Assembly: GCA_910585765.1 (NCBI GenBank)
Contig: CAJUES010000005.1
Coordinates: forward strand, 19,351-83,350
Direction: 5' to 3'
From: an uncultured Lachnospiraceae bacterium
GTDB taxonomy: Bacteria > Bacillota > Clostridia > Lachnospirales > Lachnospiraceae
DNA: 64,000 bases
Below are positions 1 to 9,931 of this stretch, in pieces. A model generated the notes under the pieces. That model had not been told where the DNA came from, did not search any database, and saw nothing but the letters and a program-made list of their open reading frames with translations. Position 1 is the first letter of the stretch; each line of letters opens with the position of its first letter. Made by a program: the position numbers and the translations under genes.

Positions 1-111
1 AGCGGATGTGGAAATGTGGTTGTGGAAAGAGCAACTGTTGTGTATAATGGATATCAAACGGATCAGCCAGGGCTTGCGGGTGCACGGTATACAGCTTCCG
101 GCTGGCGCTAA
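1..111 (+). CDS. Probable 3' end of an upstream gene (partial)
   Basis: Frame 1 is open from base 1 to TAA at 109-111, directly before the AGGAGG RBS of the next gene; no product assignable. Confidence 0.35.
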   Translation, partial: SGCGNVVVERATVVYNGYQTDQPGLAGARYTASGWR

Positions 112-124
112 ACAGGAGGGGAAA

Positions 125-1771
125 ATGCTGAGCTTCAATTCAAAAAAGGATGCGGTGGACCGCATATGTTTTCTGGCGGTCTGGGCGATGCTGATGGCGG
201 TCTCTGTGTACTTCTGCACGCAGAAGATGGGGTTTCATGAGGATGAGTACTATACGTATTATTCCACGGCGCGCACGAACGGATTTTACGTGTCAGACGG
301 GCAGTGGATGGACAGGGAAGCATACGGGAAGGAGTTTGTGGTGCTCCCGGAGCAGCGGTTCCAGTATGGGTTTGTGAAGCTGGTGCAGTCCTGGGATGTG
401 CATCCGCCGATGTACTACTGGATATTCCACACGGTGGCGTCGCTTGTGCCCAATGTGTTTTCCAAGTGGATCGGGCTGTCGGTGAACCTCTTTTTCCACG
501 GGATCAATATTGTGCTGCTGTGGTATCTGGCGTATCTGGCGGGGGGACGGGACAGGCGGCTGGCGCTTCTTGTCACACTGTTTGCAGGTCTTGGCCCTGC
601 GGTTGTGAGCGGCGTCGTGTTTATCAGGATGTATGAGATGCTGACAACCTCTGTGCTGCTGTGTGCGGTGCTGCACGTCAGGGCGGCGGAGGGCGGGATA
701 TCTCGCCGGTCCCGCGTTTTGCGTGCCGTCGCGATGATGGCGGTGACTTACGTCGGGTTTCTGACGCACTATTATTATTTTATTTTTCTGTTTTATATGG
801 GGGCGGCCTTTGTCGTGTGGCAGTTGTGGCGGGACAGGCATATCAGGAACTGCGTCTGGTATGCTGTCATCCAGGGGACTGCGCTCGCGCTCGCCGTCCT
901 GACGTACCCGTCATGTCTGGGGCAGATGTTTCGGGGGCAGCGCGGGGCGCAGGCGACAGAGAATTTCTTTGATATCACCAACACGATCGAGCGGATCCGG
1001 TTTTTCTGGGATCTGCTGGACCGCTATGTGTTCGGCCAGCTGTTCTGGGGCGTGCTGGCGGTGATCCTGCTGCTTGCGGCGGCAGGTCTGGTTACAAAAA
1101 GGCAGGATATAAAAAAACTGGATATAAAAAGACAGGATATAAAAGAACAATCCGGATATTTTATCCTGCTCTTTGCGGGAACCGGGTATTTCCTCACCGT
1201 GTCCAAGACAGCGCTGCTGCTGGGAGAGACGTCCAACCGCTATCAGCTTCCGGTCTACGGCATCGCCGTGCTGCTTGTCTTCGGGGCGGTCAGGGCGCTC
1301 TGGCGCCGGGCGCTGCAGGCGCACAAAGTGGCGGACCGCGCGTGGGCGAGCCGGGCGGCTGTGCTGGCAGTGCTGCTCTTTCTGGCGGCGGGGCTGTCCA
1401 GGGCATGGCGCGAGGGGGTTCTGTTTCTGTATCCCGAGGATCGCGGACAGACTGCCTATGCCCGGGAGTGCGCGGCAGATGATACACCTGTTATTTATTT
1501 CTACCGCACGGGGGAGGAATGGTGTGTCTGGGCAGTCGCGAACGAGCTGCTTGCCTACCCGCAGGTTTATGTTGCGGCGGTGGACGGCGAGGGGATGATC
1601 GATGAGGAGCGGATCCGGAATGCGGATTCCCTGGTGGTGTACATCGCGTCGGGCGCGGATGAGGAGAAGCACCTGCAGAGGGTTTCTGACAGTGCTCCGG
1701 CATTGTCAGACAGTCAGTGGGAACGTGTCTATGAGCAGCAGTACTGCACGGTGTATCATCTCGGCAGATAA
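125..1771 (+). CDS. Multi-pass membrane glycosyltransferase, GT-C fold (ArnT/PMT_2-like)
   Basis: ORF 8..1771; CAGGAGGG RBS before ATG125; many hydrophobic helices; acidic first-loop motif HEDEYYTY and WDVHPPMYY typical of polyprenyl-phosphate-sugar-dependent transferases. Confidence 0.7.
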   Translation: MLSFNSKKDAVDRICFLAVWAMLMAVSVYFCTQKMGFHEDEYYTYYSTARTNGFYVSDGQWMDREAYGKEFVVLPEQRFQYGFVKLVQSWDVHPPMYYWIFHTVASLVPNVFSKWIGLSVNLFFHGINIVLLWYLAYLAGGRDRRLALLVTLFAGLGPAVVSGVVFIRMYEMLTTSVLLCAVLHVRAAEGGISRRSRVLRAVAMMAVTYVGFLTHYYYFIFLFYMGAAFVVWQLWRDRHIRNCVWYAVIQGTALALAVLTYPSCLGQMFRGQRGAQATENFFDITNTIERIRFFWDLLDRYVFGQLFWGVLAVILLLAAAGLVTKRQDIKKLDIKRQDIKEQSGYFILLFAGTGYFLTVSKTALLLGETSNRYQLPVYGIAVLLVFGAVRALWRRALQAHKVADRAWASRAAVLAVLLFLAAGLSRAWREGVLFLYPEDRGQTAYARECAADDTPVIYFYRTGEEWCVWAVANELLAYPQVYVAAVDGEGMIDEERIRNADSLVVYIASGADEEKHLQRVSDSAPALSDSQWERVYEQQYCTVYHLGR

Positions 1772-1802
1772 TAAGATAACTATATAAGATAACTATATAA
1801 GA
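1771..1802. repeat. 13-bp tandem repeat ATAAGATAACTAT x2.5
   Basis: Seen directly: 1771-1783, 1784-1796, partial 1797-1802. Confidence 0.9.
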
Positions 1803-1831
1803 ATTGACTACGCAGCAGATGCGTAGTCAAT
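1803..1831. terminator. Perfect 12-bp inverted repeat (hairpin), possible terminator or mRNA-stabilising stem
   Basis: ATTGACTACGCA-GCAGA-TGCGTAGTCAAT downstream of the stop codon; no clear U-tract. Confidence 0.5.
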
Positions 1832-2059
1832 GAGAATTTGGAGAAAGTGGTTTGTAACTATGAAGATTGTATATATGTTGTTATAGTTACGATAGTTAAA
1901 ATATAACCAAGACAGGTGCTTTTTTCAAGAGCCAGAATTGGCCAACCTGTTGTTTGGTTACTGTTTACGCCTTCATTACATAAAATTGTGTCAGAATGAG
2001 CTGGGGCGTGAACAGTAACGTTGTTTGGCATCCGGGCGGCTGAAAGTAGAAAGAAATAA

Positions 2060-2088
2060 TTGAATAACAGGAGCAGAATTGGTATAAT
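2060..2088 (+). promoter_or_regulatory. Sigma-A-type promoter
   Basis: TTGAAT-17 bp-TATAAT with extended -10 TG, upstream of the GT4 gene. Confidence 0.65.
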
Positions 2089-2155
2089 GAGGAAGTGATA
2101 ACGGAAAGCTGGTAAGAGAGGACACCGCACAAATCGGAAGGGTGGGAGCAAAAAG

Positions 2156-3244
2156 ATGAGACTGGCAATCGACTGTTTTAAGCTTGTGAGGGGTGCCGGG
2201 AAGAGCATCGGGATCTACAATCTGGCACTGAACCTGGTGAGGGAGCTGGCCTCCCGCCGGCAGACGGATGAGCTGATCGTCCTGGGAAACGCCCGCAACA
2301 GGAAAGATTTTGATATTCCCCGGGTGCGGTTTATCGAGATCCGCAAAGATCCGCTCAGCAGGATCACCTGTGTTCTGTGGGAGCTGTTTGAGGTGAGCGT
2401 ATATGCCAGGCGGTTAGGGGCGGACAAAGTTCTGTTCCCGCGAGGCTATGCGTCGATGCTGCACCTGACGCGGGAGGCGGTGATCATCCATGACATGATC
2501 CCGTTTTATTATCATGAGAATTATCCGGGGTATTTTAACAGGCTCGAGAATTTTTACATCATGTGGCGGCTGAAAGCCTCGGCGCGCAGGGCGGATGACG
2601 TGATCACGATCTCGGAGGCGTCAAGGCGCGATATCGTGAAGTACGCGCGCGTGCCTGCGGAGCGGGTGACGGTGATCAACAACGGGTACAATCCCATTTC
2701 CGGGAAGGATTACCGGGAGCCTGAGGAGGCGTATATCCTGGCGGTCACGTCCGCCCTTCCGCACAAGAATGCGGCGGGCATCGTCAAATGTTATGAGCAG
2801 TACTGCCGCGCGGTGGACAACCCGCTGGAGCTCAGGATCGTCGGGATAGACGACAGCAGTCCGTTCACGTCGGATGCGGGGGTGGCACAGAGGATCACCT
2901 GCATAAAGTTTATCGAAAAAAATGAGGATTTTTACCAGCTGATATACGGCGCCAGGGTGTTTCTGTTCCTGTCCCTGATCGAGGGGTTTGGCTTTCCGCC
3001 GATCGAGGCGATGCAGCTGGGGACGGCGGTGATCTGTTCGGATGCGAGCTCCCTTCCGGAGGTGGCAGGGGACGCAGCCGTGTATGTGGATCCGGGAGAA
3101 CACGCCGCGGCAGCGCGTGCGCTCGCTGATCTTCTGGCTGACGATGCCAGGCGCGGACAGCTGCGGGAAAAGGGATTTGACAATATTAAGCGCTTTTCGT
3201 GGGATCGCACGGGAGAGCGGTACAGAGAGGTATTGTTCCGATGA
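2156..3244 (+). CDS. Glycosyltransferase family 4 (GT-B)
   Basis: HDMIP, PHKN and EGFGFPPIEAMQLG motifs. Confidence 0.9.
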   Translation: MRLAIDCFKLVRGAGKSIGIYNLALNLVRELASRRQTDELIVLGNARNRKDFDIPRVRFIEIRKDPLSRITCVLWELFEVSVYARRLGADKVLFPRGYASMLHLTREAVIIHDMIPFYYHENYPGYFNRLENFYIMWRLKASARRADDVITISEASRRDIVKYARVPAERVTVINNGYNPISGKDYREPEEAYILAVTSALPHKNAAGIVKCYEQYCRAVDNPLELRIVGIDDSSPFTSDAGVAQRITCIKFIEKNEDFYQLIYGARVFLFLSLIEGFGFPPIEAMQLGTAVICSDASSLPEVAGDAAVYVDPGEHAAAARALADLLADDARRGQLREKGFDNIKRFSWDRTGERYREVLFR

Positions 3245-3263
3245 CAGTCGGACGTGGTAAGAT

Positions 3264-3797
3264 ATGGAAAAAGCGATATTTTTGGACAGGGACGGCACGA
3301 TCAATGTGGACGTCGATTACCTGCATGAAACGGATAAGCTGGAGTTTGTCGACCAGACGTTTGAGGCGCTGGCGCTGCTCAGAGCACACGGGTACAGGCT
3401 GATCGTGATATCCAACCAGTCCGGCATCGGCAGGGGATATTTCGGGGCACAGGATGTGGAGCGGCTGCACGCGCACATGAACGGGATCCTGCAGGAGCAC
3501 GGTGCCGCGATCGATGCGTTTTACTACTGTCCCCACCTCGAGCAGGACGGGTGTGCGTGCAGGAAACCGCAGCCGGGACTGATCCGCCGCGCCGCGGCGG
3601 AGTGGGGGATCGACCTGCGGTGTTCGTACATGGTGGGGGACAATGAGAAGGATGTCATGACCGCAGTCAATGCGGGGTGCAAATACGGGCTGGTCCTGAG
3701 CGGACATCCGGTTCCGGACACACTGCGGCAAACGTACAGGGATCATCTGTATAGAAATCTGTGGGATTTTGCACGACATATATGTGAGGTGGAGTGA
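3264..3797 (+). CDS. gmhB: HAD phosphatase, D-glycero-D-manno-heptose 1,7-bisphosphate phosphatase (GmhB/HisB-like)
   Basis: FLDRDGTIN, SNQSGIGRG, CPH...CACRKP and MVGD motifs. Confidence 0.8.
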   Translation: MEKAIFLDRDGTINVDVDYLHETDKLEFVDQTFEALALLRAHGYRLIVISNQSGIGRGYFGAQDVERLHAHMNGILQEHGAAIDAFYYCPHLEQDGCACRKPQPGLIRRAAAEWGIDLRCSYMVGDNEKDVMTAVNAGCKYGLVLSGHPVPDTLRQTYRDHLYRNLWDFARHICEVE

Positions 3798-5467
3798 GTA
3801 TGCGAAACGCTGAGAACGATAGGATAGTATATGGACTGGCTGCCGCAGCCGGCGCTTTGGCATTTATGCTGATCTACGGTGTAAATGTCCTGAACCCTGT
3901 CTGGGACGACTGGCTTCTGGGGCGGGGCGACTTGACACAGCACTATCTGGGCTGGTGTTTTTTCAGGCGCGGGAGCTGGACATTTCCGATCGGGCTTACG
4001 GACAATCTGGCATACCCGTCGTACACTTCCGTGATCTTCACGGACTCGATACCGCTTTTTGCCGTATTTTTTAAGGTTCTGTCACCTGTTCTGCCTGAGA
4101 CGTTCCAGTACTTTGGATGGTGGGGGATCATGAGTTTTGCCCTGCAGGGATTTTTCGCCGCCAGGATACTGCGGGAATTTTCACTTGGATCTGTGCAGAT
4201 ACTGATTGGCAGTATCTTTTTTGTCGTATCGCCGATCGTCATCGAGCGGATGTTCCGGCACACGGCGCTGGGAGGGCACTGGCTGATCCTCGTGGCGGTG
4301 TACCTGTTCATACGGCACGCAAAGGATTACCAGGATACGGGGAGATCGGTGCTGCGCTGGGGGATCGTGGGGGGACTGGTCGTGGCGGTCCATCTCTACT
4401 TTCTGCCGATGTGCGGTGCGTTTTTGTGCGGGTATATCCTGTGCAGCTTTCTGAGGGACAGGAAGATCCGGTGGCAGCGGCTGCTGCCGGGGATCTCTTT
4501 TGCGGGATCGCTCGCTGCCGTCACGTACCTTCTGGGTGGCTTCTCGACGCGCTCGGCTTCCGAGGGCGACGGGCTTGGCGAGTGGAGTTTTAACCTGAAC
4601 GGCTTCTTCAATGAAAAAGGATATTCGCGTTTCCTGGACGCGCTTCCGATGTATCGGGACGGTCAGTATGAGGGGTTTGCCTATCTGGGGATCGGTATAT
4701 TTGTGCTGCTGGCTGTCACGGTGGTCTTTCTCGTGCTGGAACTGGCGGGAAACCATGGCAAAAGCATCAAAAAGTACGGGCTCGAGATCGGCACAGGGAT
4801 CCTGATCGCGGCGGGGCTGATCCTGTTTGCAGCCTCCCCGGAGGTGACGTGGAATGACAGGCTGCTCTTCGTCCTGACAGACAGCAGCACGCTGACGCAT
4901 TACTGGAGCATTTTCCGCTCGTCGGGAAGGATCGTGTGGCCCGTGTGCTATCTCATCTACATCGCAGCGATCGTCTGCAGCTGCAGGCTGTGTGACAGAT
5001 ATATCAAAAACCGGGCAAAGGCTGTGATCCCTGTCCTGCTGCTGGGCGTGTGCTGTGCCCTGCAGATTACCGATATCAGCGGGAAGCTGGGCGAGCAGCG
5101 GGAGCGGTTCGGAAAAGATAGAACATATGTTTCTGACCTGCAGGATCCCGTGTGGGATGCGCTCGCACAGCGGGAAGGGCTGGAACATTTCGTGTGGGTA
5201 TCAAACAGTTACGAGAACCACCAGATACTGGAAATGGCAAAGTGGGCGTACGACAACATGCTCACGATGAACATCTTTTATTTTGCGAGGGGGTTGAGCG
5301 TCATAGAGGACACGCAGTACAGTGTGCACCACCCTGACGATTCCTGTGTCTTTGTCTTCAAGGAGGAGGAGATGCCGGATTACCTCGACTGCGGGCTGCA
5401 TCTTTATGAGGCGGACGGATATATCGTCGGAACGACGTTTGAGCTGGCGCAGGAGAGATGGGAGTGA
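3794..5467 (+). CDS. Multi-pass membrane protein, DUF6311-like, probable GT-C glycosyltransferase
   Basis: GDLTQHYLGW..FR, FTDSIPL and YEGFAYLG motifs; many TM helices; glycan-locus context. Confidence 0.6.
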   Translation: MSMRNAENDRIVYGLAAAAGALAFMLIYGVNVLNPVWDDWLLGRGDLTQHYLGWCFFRRGSWTFPIGLTDNLAYPSYTSVIFTDSIPLFAVFFKVLSPVLPETFQYFGWWGIMSFALQGFFAARILREFSLGSVQILIGSIFFVVSPIVIERMFRHTALGGHWLILVAVYLFIRHAKDYQDTGRSVLRWGIVGGLVVAVHLYFLPMCGAFLCGYILCSFLRDRKIRWQRLLPGISFAGSLAAVTYLLGGFSTRSASEGDGLGEWSFNLNGFFNEKGYSRFLDALPMYRDGQYEGFAYLGIGIFVLLAVTVVFLVLELAGNHGKSIKKYGLEIGTGILIAAGLILFAASPEVTWNDRLLFVLTDSSTLTHYWSIFRSSGRIVWPVCYLIYIAAIVCSCRLCDRYIKNRAKAVIPVLLLGVCCALQITDISGKLGEQRERFGKDRTYVSDLQDPVWDALAQREGLEHFVWVSNSYENHQILEMAKWAYDNMLTMNIFYFARGLSVIEDTQYSVHHPDDSCVFVFKEEEMPDYLDCGLHLYEADGYIVGTTFELAQERWE

Positions 5468-5480
5468 GAGGCTGGAAGAT

Positions 5481-7070
5481 ATGATGGATAAGACAGATAT
5501 GAGATTTGATCTATTGTTACAACACTACAAAAAGATACCGACACACACGAAGGTGTGCTTTGCAGCGGGGATCATCGTCGGCTGGATCACCCACTTTTAC
5601 ATGCTCACCCACAAATTCCTGAACTGGGATGACGCCAACAATATGACGACCTTTGGCAGCGGCGACTATCTCGGCAGGTGGTTTCTGAAATATATCCATC
5701 CTCTCGGGGGGCAGTACAGCGTCCCGGCAGTACACGGCTTCCTGCTGATCGTCTGCATCGCTGTATCAGCCTGCCTGATACTGGAGATACTACAGATAAA
5801 AAGTATGACGGCGGCTGTCCTGACGGCGGCTGTCCTCCAGACATTTCCGAGCGTGGTGAGCACGATGACATTTATGTTCATGGCGCACACGTCGGGGATC
5901 GGTATTCTCATGGCGGTGTACGCGGTGTATCTCATGAGAAAGTACCGGCACGGGTGGCTGCCCTGCACGGCGCTGCTGGTGTGCGTGCTCGGAACCTATC
6001 AGACGTACATCAGTTTTGCGATAACGCTGATGCTGCTCGGCATGATCGCGGACATTTTCCGGGGGGAGACATTCCCGGGCGTACTCAGGAGAGGGATCCT
6101 GTGTGTCCTGGTACTCGGCGCGGGTGTGCTCATCTATATGAAGCTGTCGCATGTGATCTATCCGACCCTGGACAATGAGACTTACGGCGGGATAGGCAAT
6201 ATGGGGCAGATCGCACTCGGCGAGATGCCGACGCTGATCGGAAGGTGCTACAAGCGGTTTCTCGAGTACTTTCTGTGGAAGCCGCCCGCGTTTGTGAGCG
6301 GAACGGCGCAGGCGGCAAACATCATGGTGTGCGTGCTTGCGGCGGCGCTCTTTCTCTATCTTGCGGTCACGAGGAGGCTGTACCGGGATGTCCCGACCTT
6401 TCTGATCCTGGTGGCGCTGTGCGGCTTTGTCCCGCTTGCGGCGGCGTTCGTGTATTTCATGGCGCCGGAGGCGACGTACTCCATGCTGATGCTGTACGCG
6501 TACGCACTGATCTATGTGACGGTGCTCGCGCTGCTGGAGTACTGCGTGGAGGACTGGCACCGCGATCCGGTGTCCGACAGGTGGAGAATCGGGCTGCGGT
6601 ATGCGGCTGTGACGCTGACGGCGGCAACGGTGTTTGTGAGCAGCTACACGGATTACCTCCTGACGAACCGCGCCTATCTGCGGACAAACTTTGCGACAGA
6701 GCGGGTACAGCAGTATTTTAACAGGGTGATCGCCATGGTGGAGCGCACGGAGGGGTATGAGAACGGCGACAGCATCGAGATCCTTGGAGAGTTTTATTAC
6801 AGGGACAATCCGAGCACGGTCGAGGTCGATATCCTGGACTCCGAGAGCCTCAGGGAGCTTGACGGGGTGGCGCTCGAGAACGGGCTGATCACGACGAGCG
6901 TGCGGGACAACTTTATCAAAATGTTTGTCGGGTATGATATGGCGGATCTGCGGTTCGAGGACAAGGAAGCCATCATGGAGACAGAGGAGTACAAAAACAT
7001 GGCAGTCTATCCGAAGGAGGGCTGCGTGCAGAAGATCCATGATATCTGGGTTGTAAAAATGTGTGAATGA
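5481..7070 (+). CDS. GtrII-like membrane glucosyltransferase (GT-C)
   Basis: ORF 5322..7070 with likely start ATG5481; NWDD...GRWF first loop, YQTY motif, C-terminal MAVYPKEGC extracellular domain. Confidence 0.65.
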   Translation: MMDKTDMRFDLLLQHYKKIPTHTKVCFAAGIIVGWITHFYMLTHKFLNWDDANNMTTFGSGDYLGRWFLKYIHPLGGQYSVPAVHGFLLIVCIAVSACLILEILQIKSMTAAVLTAAVLQTFPSVVSTMTFMFMAHTSGIGILMAVYAVYLMRKYRHGWLPCTALLVCVLGTYQTYISFAITLMLLGMIADIFRGETFPGVLRRGILCVLVLGAGVLIYMKLSHVIYPTLDNETYGGIGNMGQIALGEMPTLIGRCYKRFLEYFLWKPPAFVSGTAQAANIMVCVLAAALFLYLAVTRRLYRDVPTFLILVALCGFVPLAAAFVYFMAPEATYSMLMLYAYALIYVTVLALLEYCVEDWHRDPVSDRWRIGLRYAAVTLTAATVFVSSYTDYLLTNRAYLRTNFATERVQQYFNRVIAMVERTEGYENGDSIEILGEFYYRDNPSTVEVDILDSESLRELDGVALENGLITTSVRDNFIKMFVGYDMADLRFEDKEAIMETEEYKNMAVYPKEGCVQKIHDIWVVKMCE

Positions 7071-8955
7071 TCATGGACTTAGAGCGGGGAAGAGTATGAG
7101 ATCGAAGAGAAGAGCAGTGATAAAGGAAATGGCAGTATTGCTGTCGGCAGTGTGCTCGACAGTCGCGCTGTTTGGGGATGTGGCGTCCACAGGGAATCTG
7201 TCGATGGCGCTGAACGGCGCCGGGATCCCGCAGCTGATCGCGCTGGCGGCGCTGGTCTGCGTGTACAGGCGCATCTGGATCAGGGGGGATCTGCGCTCCG
7301 GTGCGGACAGGAGAGAGCGGACAGGGGCATGCGTGATCGCCCTTTTGTTTGCCTGCGCCATGATCATAGGAAAGGCGCAGGAGGCGGATGCGTATCTGAA
7401 ATTTCCGCTGTTTGCGGTTCTGCTGCTGCTGGGCTATCTGCCGCTGTTCTATGCGGTCACTGTCCTGCTCGTCAGAAAGCTCGCGGACACAGCGGGCAGC
7501 CAGGGCGGGGGGAAGGCGCCCTCGGGGCTGACGCGGTGGCTGTTTGAGGATCACGTGATATTCGGCGTGATGCTTGTGGTGTTCCTGTGCAGGCTGCCGT
7601 ATCTTACCGCGTTTTACCCGTGTTCCATGTCGTGGGACGGAGGGGCGCAGATCTGCGATTTTTACAGCCTGTATGATTCGGGGGCTTTCTATGACCACCA
7701 TCCGCCGCTGGTGAGTTTTTTGTACGGGGCGGTGGCACTGTATTCCAGGGAGTGGGGGATCCCAAACGCCGGCATGTTTGTGATACCGCTTTTGCAGACG
7801 TGCCTCTCGGCGTTTGCGGCGGCGCAGGTGTGCGTGCTGTTTCGGGAATTTAGGACGCCCTACTGGATCCGGTGGGCAGGTCTGGCGTATTATGGCCTGT
7901 TTACGGTGTGGTGCATCTTTGACGTCACCTATATCAAGGATTCGATCTACTGGCAGTTCTCCCTCCTGTACGCGGTGGAGATGGTCTGGTGCATTGCCAG
8001 GCAGGAGGCGTTCTTTGCGGGCAGGCGGCATCTTCTGCGGATGGTCGTGTACGGGGTGCTCATGACGCAGACGCGCAACAACGGGATCTTCGTACTGCTG
8101 TTCACGGTTCCGGTTCTGGCTGTCATGATACCGGGAAAGAAGAGGGGCTGGTATCTTGGCTCGGCGGCAGCGATGCTTGCGTCGGTATTCCTGCTGAACA
8201 ACGCGGTCTACCCGGCGCTGGGCGTGGTGAGGCTGGAGGTGAAGGAGGACACGTACTGCATCCTGTTCCAGCAGACGGCGAAGTACGGTCAGGATCACCC
8301 GGAGGATGTGACGCAGGAGGAGCGGGATTTTCTGGACCGGATGTTTGACTACGATGAGCTTGTCAAGGTCTACAATCCCCAGCTTGCGGACTGGGTGAAG
8401 AACTGTCTCAGGATCTGCGAGGCGACCTCGGCGGACGGGACGAACGCCGAGTTTGCCCGGATCAGGAACGAGTATTTCAAAGTGTGGTTCGCCCAGTTCA
8501 TGCGGCATCCGCTCTCGTATGTGAACACGTTTCTCGAGTGCTCATACGGTTATTATTATCCGGAGGCGAGACCGTACAAGGAGGGCACCGGATTCTACGA
8601 GATGGACAGGAACATGTTTACCGAGGGAATGCATCCGGCGCGTCAGATCGAGGCGTTCGCACCGCTGCGTTTTTTGCTCGAACAGGTCAGCAAGTTTGAG
8701 TACCTGCCGGGGATCGGGCTGCTGTACCGCTGCGGGTTCTACACATGGTGCGTGGTCTTTGCCGTGGGATATCTGCTGATCAGGAAAAGATACCGCGAGA
8801 CGGCTGCGGCGCTTCCGGCGGTCGTGAACATCCTGGTCTGTCTGATCTCGCCGGTCAACACGTGCATCCGGTATGCGATGCCCGTGATGTGCCTGATACC
8901 GCTGCTCTTTGCGGTGATTTATAATGAAAGGATTCGATCAAATGGACAACAGTAG
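7063..8955 (+). CDS. DUF6020-like multi-pass membrane protein, probable GT-C glycosyltransferase
   Basis: YPCSMSWDGGAQI...DHHPP, KD and RNNG motifs, terminal RY; many TM helices. Confidence 0.6.
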   Translation: MNDHGLRAGKSMRSKRRAVIKEMAVLLSAVCSTVALFGDVASTGNLSMALNGAGIPQLIALAALVCVYRRIWIRGDLRSGADRRERTGACVIALLFACAMIIGKAQEADAYLKFPLFAVLLLLGYLPLFYAVTVLLVRKLADTAGSQGGGKAPSGLTRWLFEDHVIFGVMLVVFLCRLPYLTAFYPCSMSWDGGAQICDFYSLYDSGAFYDHHPPLVSFLYGAVALYSREWGIPNAGMFVIPLLQTCLSAFAAAQVCVLFREFRTPYWIRWAGLAYYGLFTVWCIFDVTYIKDSIYWQFSLLYAVEMVWCIARQEAFFAGRRHLLRMVVYGVLMTQTRNNGIFVLLFTVPVLAVMIPGKKRGWYLGSAAAMLASVFLLNNAVYPALGVVRLEVKEDTYCILFQQTAKYGQDHPEDVTQEERDFLDRMFDYDELVKVYNPQLADWVKNCLRICEATSADGTNAEFARIRNEYFKVWFAQFMRHPLSYVNTFLECSYGYYYPEARPYKEGTGFYEMDRNMFTEGMHPARQIEAFAPLRFLLEQVSKFEYLPGIGLLYRCGFYTWCVVFAVGYLLIRKRYRETAAALPAVVNILVCLISPVNTCIRYAMPVMCLIPLLFAVIYNERIRSNGQQ

Positions 8956-9931
8956 ACAAAAAGGTGTACTCTATATTGTGGTTCCCTGCTATAATGAAGA
9001 GGAAGCTTTGGAAATATCGGCGGGGAGGCTTATGGAAAAGCTCCATGACCTGAAAAGAAGAGAGATCATTTCGGATGCGAGCAGGATCGTGTTCGTGGAT
9101 GACGGGTCGAAGGACAGGACATGGGAGCTCGTCAAAGGTCTGTACGGGAGCCATGAGGAGATCAAGGGGCTTCGGTTTGCGCACAACAGGGGGCACCAGA
9201 ACGCGATCCTCGCCGGCATGATGTACGCGAGAACGTATTGTGACTACACGATCACCATCGATGCCGATCTGCAGCAGGACATCAATGCGATGGAAGACTT
9301 TATCAAGGCGTATGAGGACGGCAGCGAGATCGTGTTTGGCGTGCGCAATTCCAGAAACACGGACGGATTGTTCAAAAAGCTCTCGGCGACACTGTTCTAC
9401 AAGACCATGCGGGGCATGGGCTGCGATATCTATGAAAATTCGGCGGACTACAGGCTCATGAGCGCGAAGGCGCTCGAGGCGTTGTCCGGCTACAGGGAGG
9501 TCAATCTGTTCCTGCGGGGCATCATACCGGATATCGGGTTGAAGTCCTCCGTGGTGCACTTCGATGTGTTTCCGCGCATGCAGGGGAAGACGAAGTATTC
9601 GCTGACAAAGATGTTCACGCTGGCGGCGGATGGGATCACCTCGTTTAGCATCAAGCCGATCCGGATGGTCTTTGCGATGGGGGTGCTGGCGCTGCTGGTG
9701 GGCTTTGGCATGGTCATCCACATTATATATGAACACTATTTTGGCTACACGGTCAGCGGCTGGTCGTCGATCCTGATGTCGATCTGGGTGCTGGGGGGAG
9801 CGGTCCTGATGTCTCTTGGCATCATAGGGGAGTATGTGGGCAGGAATTATATGGAGACAAAGCAGAGACCAAGATATTATTTCTGGGAGATCCTGTCGAG
9901 GGATGAGGGGCAAAATGACCATGAAGCATAA
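8942..9931 (+). CDS. GT2 bactoprenol glycosyltransferase (GtrB/YkoT-like)
   Basis: VVPCYNEEE, VDDGSKD, NRGHQNA, IDADLQ, DYRLMS motifs and two C-terminal TM helices. Confidence 0.85.
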   Translation: MDNSRQKGVLYIVVPCYNEEEALEISAGRLMEKLHDLKRREIISDASRIVFVDDGSKDRTWELVKGLYGSHEEIKGLRFAHNRGHQNAILAGMMYARTYCDYTITIDADLQQDINAMEDFIKAYEDGSEIVFGVRNSRNTDGLFKKLSATLFYKTMRGMGCDIYENSADYRLMSAKALEALSGYREVNLFLRGIIPDIGLKSSVVHFDVFPRMQGKTKYSLTKMFTLAADGITSFSIKPIRMVFAMGVLALLVGFGMVIHIIYEHYFGYTVSGWSSILMSIWVLGGAVLMSLGIIGEYVGRNYMETKQRPRYYFWEILSRDEGQNDHEA

